In this document: in pieces, positions 26,001 through 36,555 of the stretch
Position numbering within the stretch: position 1 is the first letter of the stretch
Layout of the letters: the number at the start of each line of letters is the position of its first letter
Assembly: GCF_044704955.1 (NCBI RefSeq)
Contig: NC_091997.1
Span: 85,746,001 to 85,810,000, forward strand
Length of the DNA: 64,000 bases
Source: Pristiophorus japonicus
Lineage: Eukaryota
Reading direction: 5' to 3'
The notes under the pieces: model-generated
What the model saw: only the letters and a program-made list of their open reading frames with translations
The model's database searches: none
Told to the model about the DNA's origin: nothing
Position numbers and translations under genes: made by a program

Positions 26001-29000
26001 CCAGTCCAAGTACATCCCTCCCCCAGCCGAAGGGTCTTACCCTAGTCCAAGTGCATGCCTCCCCCAGCCGAAGTGCCTTACCCTAGTCCAAGTGCATGCC
26101 TCCCCCAGCCAAAGTGCCTTGTCCCAGCGCAAGTACATCCACCCCCTTCCGCCCCATCCTCCCACACCATAGATGGGGCAGGGATTGTGTACGGATTGGT
26201 AACAGGTTTATTGGCTGTGAAGTGAATAGTGACAGTGTGGTGACTTCTGGATATCATTCACTCCAACGATGTCCCTTGTAGGGGGTTGGAAGAACATGAT
26301 CTGTCTTCCTTCCAATCATGTCTCTCCCCACAACTGCTCTCTCTCCCCACAGTCTCTCTCTCTCTCTACCCCCAATCTCTCTCTCTCTCTCTCTTCCCTC
26401 AATTTCTCTCTCCTCCCAGTCTCGCTCACTTTCCCGCTCCCCCCAGCCCCTCTCACCACCACCGCCCCAGTCTCTTTCTCCCCCTCCCCCCAGTCTCACT
26501 CTGCCTCTCGCTATCGCCCCCCACCAGCTGCTCTCGGGCCCACGCTGGTCGGAGGGAGGGTGGGCGGGTTCGGTGCCTCAGGTCCTGCGTCACGGCACCA
26601 CATGGATGGAATGATTTAGGCGGGGAGGGGGCAGAGCTTGACAGGGGCGGGGCTTGTCACCTGTCAGTCAAAAAAGTGCAGTATAGTCATGGGGGGCGGG
26701 GCTTGACAGACGCCTGTCTGTCAAAAAAAGTACAGTACAAATAGTTACATCGTTTTGATAAGGCTAGTCTTGCTGATCAGTGTCATTCAAACCATACACA
26801 TTGTCAACAAGCGTTAATGAAACAATTTGGAAGCTGTAAATTGACATCAAGTGGATACGCTAATTTACAGACTGTGGCAAAGAATTCTATGAAAGGAACA
26901 ATAAACTGGCCTATTACCAAGCCATTGTGCAGAGCATAATTTCCTATGAGAGGCTTTGTTTCACGTTGACTGTTTAATGAGCTTTCCTGTCTCTATCTCT
27001 ATCCCATTCTGCCCTTTCCCCGCAGGATCCACTTATCTCTTCTTCCTAAGACCAGGAGATGTCACCACTCTGCAATGCAACGTGCCCACCGGTGCTGGGA
27101 ATAAAGTAACCTTGTGCAACTCCAGTGATCCCGGGTCAGAAATGGGTAAAATAAAATGTAAGAACGAAAAGCCATGTTATGAAAATATCGGTCCTCAGGG
27201 GAAAAAAGGACACAGTGAGCCAGAGTGTACAAAATGCAAATTAAATGACCATGAAACGGAGTCTCTGACATTCGCTGTGAAGACGATTAACTCGATGGTG
27301 TTTACCTGCATGGCTCAAGATTCCACAGAAGGAGGGGCATTGGAGTGTCCGTCCTGGCTCACACTGTCACAGCCGGGATGTGAAAACCACGACTTGTTCT
27401 TTGTGATAACCCAGGATGGTAGGTGCACTGGGGCAATATCGCGGGAGGGATCGGGGCAGGTATTGGGGGAGGGATTGTTGTGGGAACATTAGGGGTAATT
27501 TAAGGTAAGGTATTAGGCGAGATATTAGAGGAGATATTAGAGAGACGTTGGGGAGATATTAGAAGAGGTTTTCGGGCAGATAGCTGTCATTGCCTTCATT
27601 AAGATGAAATTACCTTGTGTGTAGATAAAGAGTAATAGTGAGAAGTAGCTGGCACGGGTTTCAAACTGTCCAGGAGGTAAGAGACATGGTAGGTGGGGGA
27701 ATGCGGTGGATGCAGTGTACATGGACATTAGGAAATCCTTCGACTAAGTATCACATTGGAGATTATTATATTAACAAATATTCTTTTCAATGTTGTTTAT
27801 AGATTCAACTGATATATTTTTGATTAAAGAAAATTTGTCGCTGACAGTGTCAGAGGGAGAGAATGTGACTTTACCCTGCCAGTTTGAGAATATAAAACCA
27901 CTCCCCTTCACTCTGTTTTGGTTCAGATCTGGAAACGTCAACAAGTGTCTGCACTCTGTTCACACTGAGGATCATGCTGCACATTCTAACACACGTTGCT
28001 GTGTGGATAGAGAGTCATCACAAAGAATCTCTACCCAAAGCTCACACAATCCTTTGGTTAGCCGCCAGTCTCACAACCTTACTATTCACTCAGCGGGCCT
28101 GGTGGACACTGGGAGGTATCTCTGTGCTGTACACAGTCAGGATTCAGGGAAACCTGTCTGGAAGATTGCAGCAAACATCTCCCTTGTGACAGAGCCCAGT
28201 GCAGAAACTTCAGACACTCCCACCTCAACATCTGGAATATCCTCAGAGAGCAGCAGCATAACTTGTACAAATACTCAAAGTAAGTGATGCAATCTAAAAC
28301 ATAATGTGAACCATTTAATATCAATAATTCAAGGTGTGAGATTCCAGGTCCATTGTCCAGTTTGTACCCTTTAGAAGTTACTTTGATTTCCTTCCTTTGC
28401 CATTGCACTATTCTAGATTGTAACCAGAAAAGTATGTTCCTCAGCCCAGGTAACCAGTGTAATGAGCAGCAGGAAATCTTCAGACACTCCCACCTCAACA
28501 TCTGGAATATCCTCAGTGACCGGAAGCATTACTCCTACAAACATACAAAGTAAGTGATACAATCTAGAATATGATGTAAACCATTTTATATCAATAATTC
28601 AATATAAATAATATAAGTAATTCTTTCACACAATGTCCCAGACTCCTCCATCACCTTCCCAGGGTATGTCCGGTCCCACCGGCAGGACAGACCCACCAGA
28701 GGTGGCGGCACAGTGGTATACAGTTGGGAGATAGTGGTCCTGGGAGTCATAGAAACATAGAAACATAGAAAATAGGTGCAGGAGTAGGCCATTCGGCCCT
28801 TCAAGCCTGCACCGCCATTCAATGAGTTCATGGCTGAACATGAAACTTCAGTACCCCATTCCTGCTTTCTCGCCATACCCCTTGATCCCCCGAGTAGTAA
28901 GGACTACATCTAACTCCTTTTTGAATATATTTAGTGAATTGGCCTCAACAACTTTCTGTGGTAGAGAATTCCACGGGTTCACCACTCTCTGGGTGAAGAA

Positions 29001-29706
29001 GTTTCTCCTCATCTCGGTCCTAAATGGCTTACCCCTTATCCTTAGACTGTGACCCTTGGTTCTGGACTTCCCCAACATTGGGAACATTCTTCCTGCATCT
29101 AACCTGTCTAAACCCATCAGAATTTTAAACGTTTCTATGAGATCCCCTCTCATTCTTCTGAACTCCTCAACATTGACTCCCTAACATCGTAAAGTCTCAT
29201 GGCATCAGGTCAAACATGGGCAAGGAAACCTCCTGCTGATTACCACCAACCGCCCTCCCTCAGTTGATAAATCAGTACTCCTCCATGTTGAACAGCACTT
29301 GGAAGAAGCACTGAGTGGTTCGGTAGCACCACTACTGACCGACCTAGCCTCGTCCTGAAGGACATCCTTGCCAGACTGGGCCTATGGCAGATGGTGAAAG
29401 AACCAACATGAGGGAAAAACATACATGACCACATCCTCACCAATCTACCTGTCACAGATGCATCTGTCCATGACAGTATTGGAAAGAGTGACCACTGCAC
29501 AGTCCTTGTGGAGACAAAGTCCCATCTTCACACTAAGGACACCCCTGCATCATGTTGTGTGGGTCTACCACTGTACTAAATGGGATCTCAGTGTCAGTAT
29601 TCTATGGACAAATACGTAAGCTGCTCCAAGATTAATGTGCTCATCTAAACTGCGATCTCTGAAAACCAGGGAGGTCCTGAGGGAGGGAGGGAAGGGGTCA
29701 GTAGGA

Positions 29707-29741
<35 letters not shown>

Positions 29742-32700
29742 AGGCCTGTGCAGCAGAGCCTAGTCTCCAATCATCTTGGGTCCCCTTGCCATTGGACCAA
29801 GACCCAGCTCTGTCAAGTCTGTGTGGTGGCTGGTGTGCAACGGCCACCCCATATTAAAAGGATTTATGGTGCATAGGCATCTTCCACCCTTTAAAATGAA
29901 GTTCGAGATCTGGCCCGCATTAGTCTCATCAGTCACCTTAGAACTCATTTTAGTGTGGAAGCAAGTCATGCTCAACTCCGGGGCACTGCCTAAGAAGAGA
30001 GAAGAAGAAATGGGATAGATTCAGAAAAGACCTTGCAGATAAAACTGGGCATTCATGAGGGCCATCATCAGCAGCAGAATTGTATTCCACAACAATCTGT
30101 GACCTCATGTCCCGGCATATCCCTCACTCTACCATTACAATTAAGCCAGGGGACCAACCCTGGTTCAATGAAGCGTGTAAAAGAGCATGCCAGGAGCAGC
30201 ACCAAGCACACCTAAAAATGAGGTGCCAACCTGCTGTAGCTACACTACATGCATGCTAAACAGCACATGCAGCATGCTATAGGCAGAGTGAAGCGATTCC
30301 ACAACCAACGGATCAGATCAAAGCTCTGCAGTCCTGCCACATGCAGTCATGAATGGTGGTGGACAATTAAACAACTAAGGGGAAGAGGCTCCATGAACAT
30401 CCCCATCCTCCATGATGGCAAAGCCAGCACGTGAGTGCAAAAGACAAGCAGAAGTGTTTGCAACCATCTTCAGCCAGAAGTGGTGTGCGGATGATTCATC
30501 TCGGCCTCCTCCGGAGGTCCCCAATATCACAGAAAACAGTCTTCAGCCAATTTGATTCACTCCATGTCATATCAAGAAATAGCTGACGCACTGGATACGG
30601 CAAAGTCTATGGGCCCCGACAGTATCCCGACTGCAGTGCTGAAGACTTTTGTCCCACAACTTACCCTGCCTCTATCCAAGCTGTTCCATTAAAGCTACAT
30701 CACTGGCGTCTACCCAACAAAGTGGAGAATTGCCCAGGTATGTATGTTCATGATTGCAGTCTTCTGTTCCATTTGCAACCCCTCAGATAATAAAGCAGTC
30801 CATGTCTGTATGCAGCAAGACCTGGACAACATTCAGACTTTGACTGATAAGTGGCAAGTAACATTTGCGCAACACAAGTGCCAGGGAATGACCATCTCCA
30901 ACAAGAGAGAGTCTAACCACCTTCACTTGATATTCAACGGCATTACCTTCACTGAATCCCCACCATCAACTTCCTAGGGGTCAGCATTGACCAGAAACTT
31001 AACTGGACCAGTCACATAATTGCTGTGGCTAGAAGAGCAGGTCAGAGGCTGGGTATTCTGTGGCGAGTGTCTCACCTCCTGACTCCCCAAAGTCTTTCCA
31101 CCATCTACAAGGCACAAGTCAGGAGTGTGATGGAATGATGAGTTGAGCTCCAACAATTTGATGCTCGACACCATCAGGATTAAGGAGCCTGCTTGATTTG
31201 CATTCCAACCACATGTTAAACGTTCACTCCCTCCACAACCAGCGTACCGTGGCTGCAGTGTGTACCATCCACGATGCACTGCAGCAACTCACCAAGGCTT
31301 CTTCGGCAGCACCTCCCAAACCCGTGACCTCCACCATGTAGAAGATCAAGGGCAGTAGAATGGATTGTGACTTGGAGAGGAACATCCTCATCTCCAAGTT
31401 CCCCTCAGTCACACACCATCCTGACTTGTAAATATATCACTGATCTTTTATCGTCGCTGGTCAAAATCTTGGAACTCCCTCTCTAACAGCACTGTGGGAG
31501 TACCTTCATCACGTGGACTGCAGCGGTTCAAGAAGGTGGCTCACCACCACCTTCTCACGGGCAATAAGAGATGGGCAATAAATTTTGGCCTTGTCAATGA
31601 TGCCCACATCCCATGACTGAATACAACAGAAATTAAGCGAGAGATTCAAGAGCAATTGTCCACTTTGTACCCATTAGACGTTGGTTCGATTTTCTTCCTT
31701 CGCAATTGCACTTTTCCAGATTGTAACAGAAAAGTATCTTCCTCGGCCCAGGTAACCAGTGTGATCAGCTGTACATATAAGACGGCATTGCACAAACTGA
31801 ACTTAATGTTGCTTCTCCTATGCATTTCCAGACCCTGCCATCACTGTGAACGTAGCCATAGTGTGTCTGATTGTACTCATTTGCATTGTTGGGATAGTTT
31901 GCATTATTGGGGTAGTTTGCCGAAGGAAACGACAATCTGTCAAAGGTAAAGGTAAGCAAGAGCGTTAAAATGTTTGATCTAAATCTATAAAATTGTAAGA
32001 GCAGATTCCTTACATAGATTCTTACATTTATCTTTCCCATCTTACGGCATGTGTTGTGAAGGATCCTCAGCACCAGGACCCAGGTAGGGATGGGATTTGA
32101 TCAGTATTTCGGCAGACTTTCTGTATAATTTTGCTCATTTAATGGAACATTTACAGGTTACTTTTCTTTGCTAACTGTAGGGCCGGTGATGTGCAGCTGA
32201 CACAAGTGGCTGAATGTAAGTGACTAGAATTGCTGGCCAGCTCTTCCGATCCTGGCCCTTTGAGAGTTGAAACTAAAAGCACACATGGTGTTCCCGCCCT
32301 TCTGTCCAGGTTTCCCGTACTCTGTGGTTCCCAGGAAGGATCAGAGCGATGACAACGAGCCTGTTGCGTACTCGGTGACAAGAGTTCCAACGCCGTCGAG
32401 CCAGCCAAGGCCTGGTGAAGGAATGGAGAGCACTGGCCCAAACATTGACTCTACAGAGCATGTGTACTGTTTGATCGAGGAGTCAATGGTCAAAGGGTAA
32501 GCAGAGTGACAGCTGTCACCCCTCGGCTACGGTCAACACTGACCACAACTTTGTTTTAGGATGGAGGGTTAGAAGATCGTTAATGTAATGAAGGTGAGGG
32601 GAGCCCATGCTGGCAAATGGGTTACTTTTCCACTTTGGCCACACAGTATCACTTGGAGCACTCCAGATTAGGCACAGCGTAAAACTCCCTCTGGACTGTC

Positions 32701-35526
32701 CCAACAATGTTCCTCAACTCCAAGGTCAGGAGAGAGGTCAGACATCTTCACTTCTCACACCTCATGTCCTGTTTGAGTGGAAGGGCCAATTTAGAGGTAG
32801 TTTTGTACTGTGGCTCACATGAGCTGCAAACTGGATCGAGATGACCAAATTAATTTCATCAAGGACCATGAGAGAAAATGTGAGAGAAAGAAAGAGACAG
32901 AGAAAGACAGAGACAGAGACAGACAGTGATAGGTTCAGACAGAGACTGCGACAGAGACAGACAGACAGTGATAGATTCAGATAGAGACTGACCTGATATT
33001 GGAATAAAGGAGCACTATCAGAAAAGCATCACAGTGCCCTTATGAAGTTATCTTTTTTTTTTAAACTCTCTCAGGACAATATTTTGGCATATGTGACCAT
33101 AGTGATCAATTTCGTCCAAATATTTTACTGAATGATTGGCAGTTTTAGGCAAGGAATTGGATTGAGGCTGAACACTCTTTGCAGAGAGGACAGCTTACAT
33201 AGCAGACTCAGAGAGATAAAGAGAGATATGGAGACAGTAACAGAGACACAGAGAGACAGAGAGAGACAGAGAGAGACAGACAGAGAGCAACACAAAGAGA
33301 GAAAGAGAAAGAGAGACAGTGTTTTGGATCGATAATAATAGACCCAGGTTCGGGATCTGGGTGAATGTTAAATAATAGATAAGACAAATGAAGTAAAGAA
33401 TTAAATACTGTTTACTGAGGGAAAAGAAATATTAATAAAAAAGTTTACGAAGAAAAGAGAAGTATGATAAGATGCAACAACGCTGACGGCCTTCGGCCTG
33501 TCGGGAACTCTGCAACGACGGCTGGTCTGGAGCCTTGGGGGTCCCGGCACCGCTCGCGAATCGCGGTCCAAGGTGAAGTTCGAAGAGCTAAGGGACAGTG
33601 CCGCTCCTTTATACTATTAAACAAAACATGGGTGCATGTGGCTTATGGCCAACTCCTAATCTGTAACACCCCAGCTGCTTGTCCACAAAGCATGAGATCT
33701 CGAGGCGCCGACAGTCTCATAATAAGCTGGTGTGCATCTCAAGATCGCTTCCCTCTCTCTCTCTCTATAGCAACAACAATCCACGAAGCATGGAGCAGAA
33801 ACACACTGTAAATGACTAAATATCATAATTAACTTTATGTGATTAACCCTCTACAATCGAGACGGAGATAGACAGTGAGACGGGGATCGAATAACAGACA
33901 GAGAGCGAGAAACAGAGACAGAGAGAGANNNNNNNNNNNNNNNNNNNNNNNNNNNNNNNNNNNNNNNNNNNNNNNNNNNNNNNNNNNNNNNNNNNNNNNN
34001 NNNNNNNNNNNNNNNNNNNNNNNNNNNNNNNNNNNNNNNNNNNNNNNNNNNNNNNNNNNNNNNNNNNNNNNNNNNNNNNNNNNNNNNNNNNNNNNNNNNN
34101 NNNNNNNNNNNNNNNNNNNNNNNNNNNNNNNNNNNNNNNNNNNNNNNNNNNNNNNNNNNNNNNNNNNNNNNNNNNNNNNNGACAGAGACAGGCAGAGAGA
34201 CAGCGAGAGAGAGAGAGAGAGAGAGAGAGTCAGCGAGACAGGAAGAGAGAGACAGAGACAGGCAGCGAGNNNNNNNNNNNNNNNNNNNNNNNNNNNNNNN
34301 NNNNNNNNNNNNNNNNNNNNNNNNNNNNNNNNNNNNNNNNNNNNNNNNNNNNNNNNNNNNNNNNNNNNNNNNNNNNNNNNNNNNNNNNNNNNNNNNNNNN
34401 NNNNNNNNNNNNNNNNNNNNNNNNNNNNNNNNNNNNNNNNNNNNNNNNNNNNNNNNNNNNNNNNNNNNNNNNNNNNNNNNNNNGCATAGAGAGAGACAGG
34501 GAGAGACGGTGATAGGCAGAGAGAGAGAGACAGAAAGAGAGAGACGGAGACAGATAGAAACAGCGAGAAAGAGAGAGAGACAGGCAAAGAGAGACAGAGA
34601 CACAGAGAGACTCAGAGCGAGAGAGAGAAAGAGGCAGGCAGAGCGAGACAGAGAGAGAGACAGGGAGAGAGACCGAGAGAGAGAGATAGATGGAGAGAAA
34701 GAGAAAGAAACAGAGAGAAAGAGAATCGGTGAGACAATCCGAGAGTCAGAGAGTGACAGACAGAGTAACAGACAGAGAGTGACAGACAGAGAATGACAGA
34801 CAGAGTAACAGACAGAGAGTGACAGACAGAGAGTGACAGACAGAGTGACAGACAGAGAGTGACAGACAGAGAGTGACAGTCAGAGAGTGACAGACAGAGA
34901 GTGACAGACAGAGAGTGACAGACAGAGTGACAGTCAGAGAGTGACAGTCAGAGAGTGACAGACAGAGAGTGACAGACAGAGAGTGACAGACAGAATCAGG
35001 GAAAATGAATGAGGGAATTTCAGGCTGGGTTAGACTGAAATCCAGGCCAGTGGGGAGAAAGTGACTGAATGTAGTTTCCACTTACAGCTGTTTAATATTG
35101 TTTGAATCATATGTTACTCATTTTTCACACATTTAATTTTCTGTTTTCCCAGTGATGACGGCAAAACTGAAATCCAGGCAGTAAAATGTAAGTCGTGGCA
35201 ATCTTTCAGTATCTTTCATTATCTGTCCCCACATGGAAGTGAAACCCTCTTAATTTCTAGGCAGTGACCGCACGGACCATGTACCGCAGGTTGAAACCTC
35301 TTTAGCCATTGAACTCAAACCAGACGGCCAATCGCAGCCCAAAGAGGACAGTAAGGAGGATCCCGTTGCTCTGTCTAATGAGCAGACTTATTCTTTGATA
35401 GGTTGCCCGGGGACAGGGAGCCCAGGAGACACGGAGACAAGGTCTTGGCTGGAGGAAGATGATCCACAACCTGGCCCGTTAGAGATGGAAGAAAATCCTA
35501 TTTATGCTAAAATAGAGGAAGCCTGA
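20025..35526 (+). CDS. Copy B, complete spliced gene: type I transmembrane two-Ig-domain receptor with multi-tyrosine tail (~540 aa). Exons 20025-20079, 27026-27418, 27803-28279, 28417-28449, 31832-31951 (or -31945), 32062-32083, 32181-32215, 32310-32496, 35153-35187, 35261-35526
   Basis: All introns are GT-AG and phases chain consistently (1,1,1,1,1,2,1,2,1). The sum is 1623 nt with no internal stop. Order is signal peptide, Ig-like, IgV, stalk, TM, tail. Stalk exon choice is uncertain. Confidence 0.8.
21223..22475 (+). mobile_element. 5'-truncated CR1 LINE in intron 1 of copy B
   Basis: ORFs 21170-21427 and 21616-22425 (RT and C-terminus); empty site in copy C near 49245. Confidence 0.92.
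22850..23160 (-). mobile_element. Shark-type tRNA-derived SINE (HE1-like), decayed
   Basis: Reverse of tRNA-like head (gggttcaagtcccactccagagacttgagc) and ctatagaaatgcaag tail; family name from recall. Confidence 0.6.
23510..25040 (-). mobile_element. Decayed LINE 3' fragment, same family as 28640-31630, interrupted by a solo LTR
   Basis: Reverse-complement similarity to 30760-31620. Confidence 0.7.
23996..24652 (+). mobile_element. Solo LTR (657 bp)
   Basis: TGT...ACA ends, 5-bp TSD GAGAG (23991-23995, 24653-24657), TATA (~24492) and AATAAA (~24578); host LINE is contiguous once removed. Confidence 0.8.
27026..27418 (+). CDS. Copy B D1 exon: Cys-rich atypical Ig-like domain (PGDVTTLQC...MVFTC)
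   Basis: Polypyrimidine tract + cag acceptor, donor G|gtaggt, 393 nt phase 1-1, open frame, 9 Cys. Confidence 0.8.
27803..28279 (+). CDS. Copy B D2 exon: V-set Ig domain plus Ser/Thr stalk
   Basis: [25 protein letters not shown]-set motifs; acceptor tttatag|, donor A|gtaagt; 477 nt phase 1-1. Confidence 0.9.
28640..31630 (+). mobile_element. Decayed LINE (endonuclease-RT remnants) in the stalk intron of copy B, with nested CR1 3' end (28749-29165, minus) and SINE-like insert (29587-30007)
   Basis: Absent in copies A and C; the nested insert is flanked by AAATGGGAT direct repeats and contains (GT)n and an (AAG)n tail. Confidence 0.75.
31832..31951 (+). CDS. Copy B TM exon (D)[39 protein letters not shown]
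   Basis: Acceptor catttccag|, ~23 hydrophobic residues then RRKR stop-transfer; tandem in-frame donors after 31945 and 31951. Confidence 0.88.
32062..32496 (+). CDS. Copy B proximal cytoplasmic exons: 22 nt (32062-32083), 35 nt (32181-32215), 187 nt (32310-32496); contain FPYSVV, VAYSVT, HVYCLI
   Basis: 22+35 nt microexons together keep frame ([20 protein letters not shown]); GT-AG boundaries, though the 22-nt exon has a weak AAG acceptor. Confidence 0.75.
33870..34995. repeat. GA-rich and (GACAGAGAGTGACA)-type microsatellite with N runs; homologous tract 63120-64000
   Basis: Directly visible low-complexity sequence. Confidence 0.95.
35153..35526 (+). CDS. Copy B terminal cytoplasmic exons: 35 nt (35153-35187) and 266 nt (35261-35526), ending EQTYSLIGC...[13 protein letters not shown]
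   Basis: Acceptors ttttcccag| and tttctag|, donor T|gtaagt; phases 2 and 1 match the upstream exon; not in the ORF track. Confidence 0.78.
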
Positions 35527-36549
35527 ATGTGATTGAGTAATGGGAGAAAGGCAACGGATAACTTGGTTAAACTCATTGTGGTACTAGATTTTAAAATATA
35601 TATTTTACACTGGGTATTGAACACTTTCCCACTGCAGACCCCCAGGGTGGGGGAGAATTCGACATTGTTGCACTGGATTTCTGGATGGATCATGGGTGCA
35701 AAAGAGGTCCAATTTAGGAGGCCAACCCACCATGCCCGAGTAGTGTCGGAAACATGTTTGATGCCATATTGGTTTGGGCCTGTAGAGGAGTCCCTGATGT
35801 AGGCGTTAGGCTCCTTTGAATATGCTAATAAGGGGCCTACCACTTGTTCCAGGATCCAAACCGGCCATTATCACATTGCTGTTTGTGGGACCTTGCTGTG
35901 TGCAAATTAGCTGCCACTTTTCCTAAATTACAACAGTGACTAAACTTCAAAAAATACTGAATTCGCTGTAAAGTGCTTTGCGATCTCCAGAGGTCATGAA
36001 AGGCGCTTGATAAATGCAAGTCTTTCAATTCATTCATTAATTTTGAGGGAAGGGAAACCACGCAGAATACAGGTGTACAACCGACGCTCGTTGAACACAA
36101 GTGCGTTTTCACAGATTGTAACATTGAAGCTGCTTGAAGCGCAGGATTGTGTGCGGAGATATCTTCTCCCAATGTTTCACAAATGATATAAAGCCGCTGG
36201 TGGCAGCTCCTTGCCTTTCCCGGTTTGTTCTGAGTTTTTGTGGCGACCGACACAGAACATGGAGACAGACTCAATGTGAGTTTCCACTCTCACCGACACC
36301 GGACGAGGGCGATGGGAACCCACGGTTGAAGAATATAACTGTAACACATTCGACGTGAAATTGGTCCTCGTCAGTTTCGACTTTGATGGAAATGAAATTC
36401 GGGCTCGGTGTGAAACGTGCGCTCGATTCGCGATGAGCTTCACACTGCTGGCGAAGAGCAACTTCACCCCCTTGGACTCTGCTTAGATAGAACAACGCAT
36501 CGCTGGTGTGTAATACGCAAAATGGAACTTGTGTGATTGGAAGTCATTC

Positions 36550-36555
36550 AATAAA
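36550..36555 (+). terminator. Candidate polyadenylation signal of copy B
   Basis: AATAAA ~1 kb after stop codon 35526. Confidence 0.45.

Noticed and set aside
27803-28279. IgV exon as a rearranging Ig, TCR or IgNAR V segment
   Set aside because: The G strand and stalk are in the same exon, there is no FGxG motif, no heptamer-nonamer follows the YLC, and no constant-domain exons are present
33835-34796. Long ORFs across GA repeats and N runs (also 63095-63937, 26254-26744, 36575-36978)
   Set aside because: Low-complexity or gap artefacts
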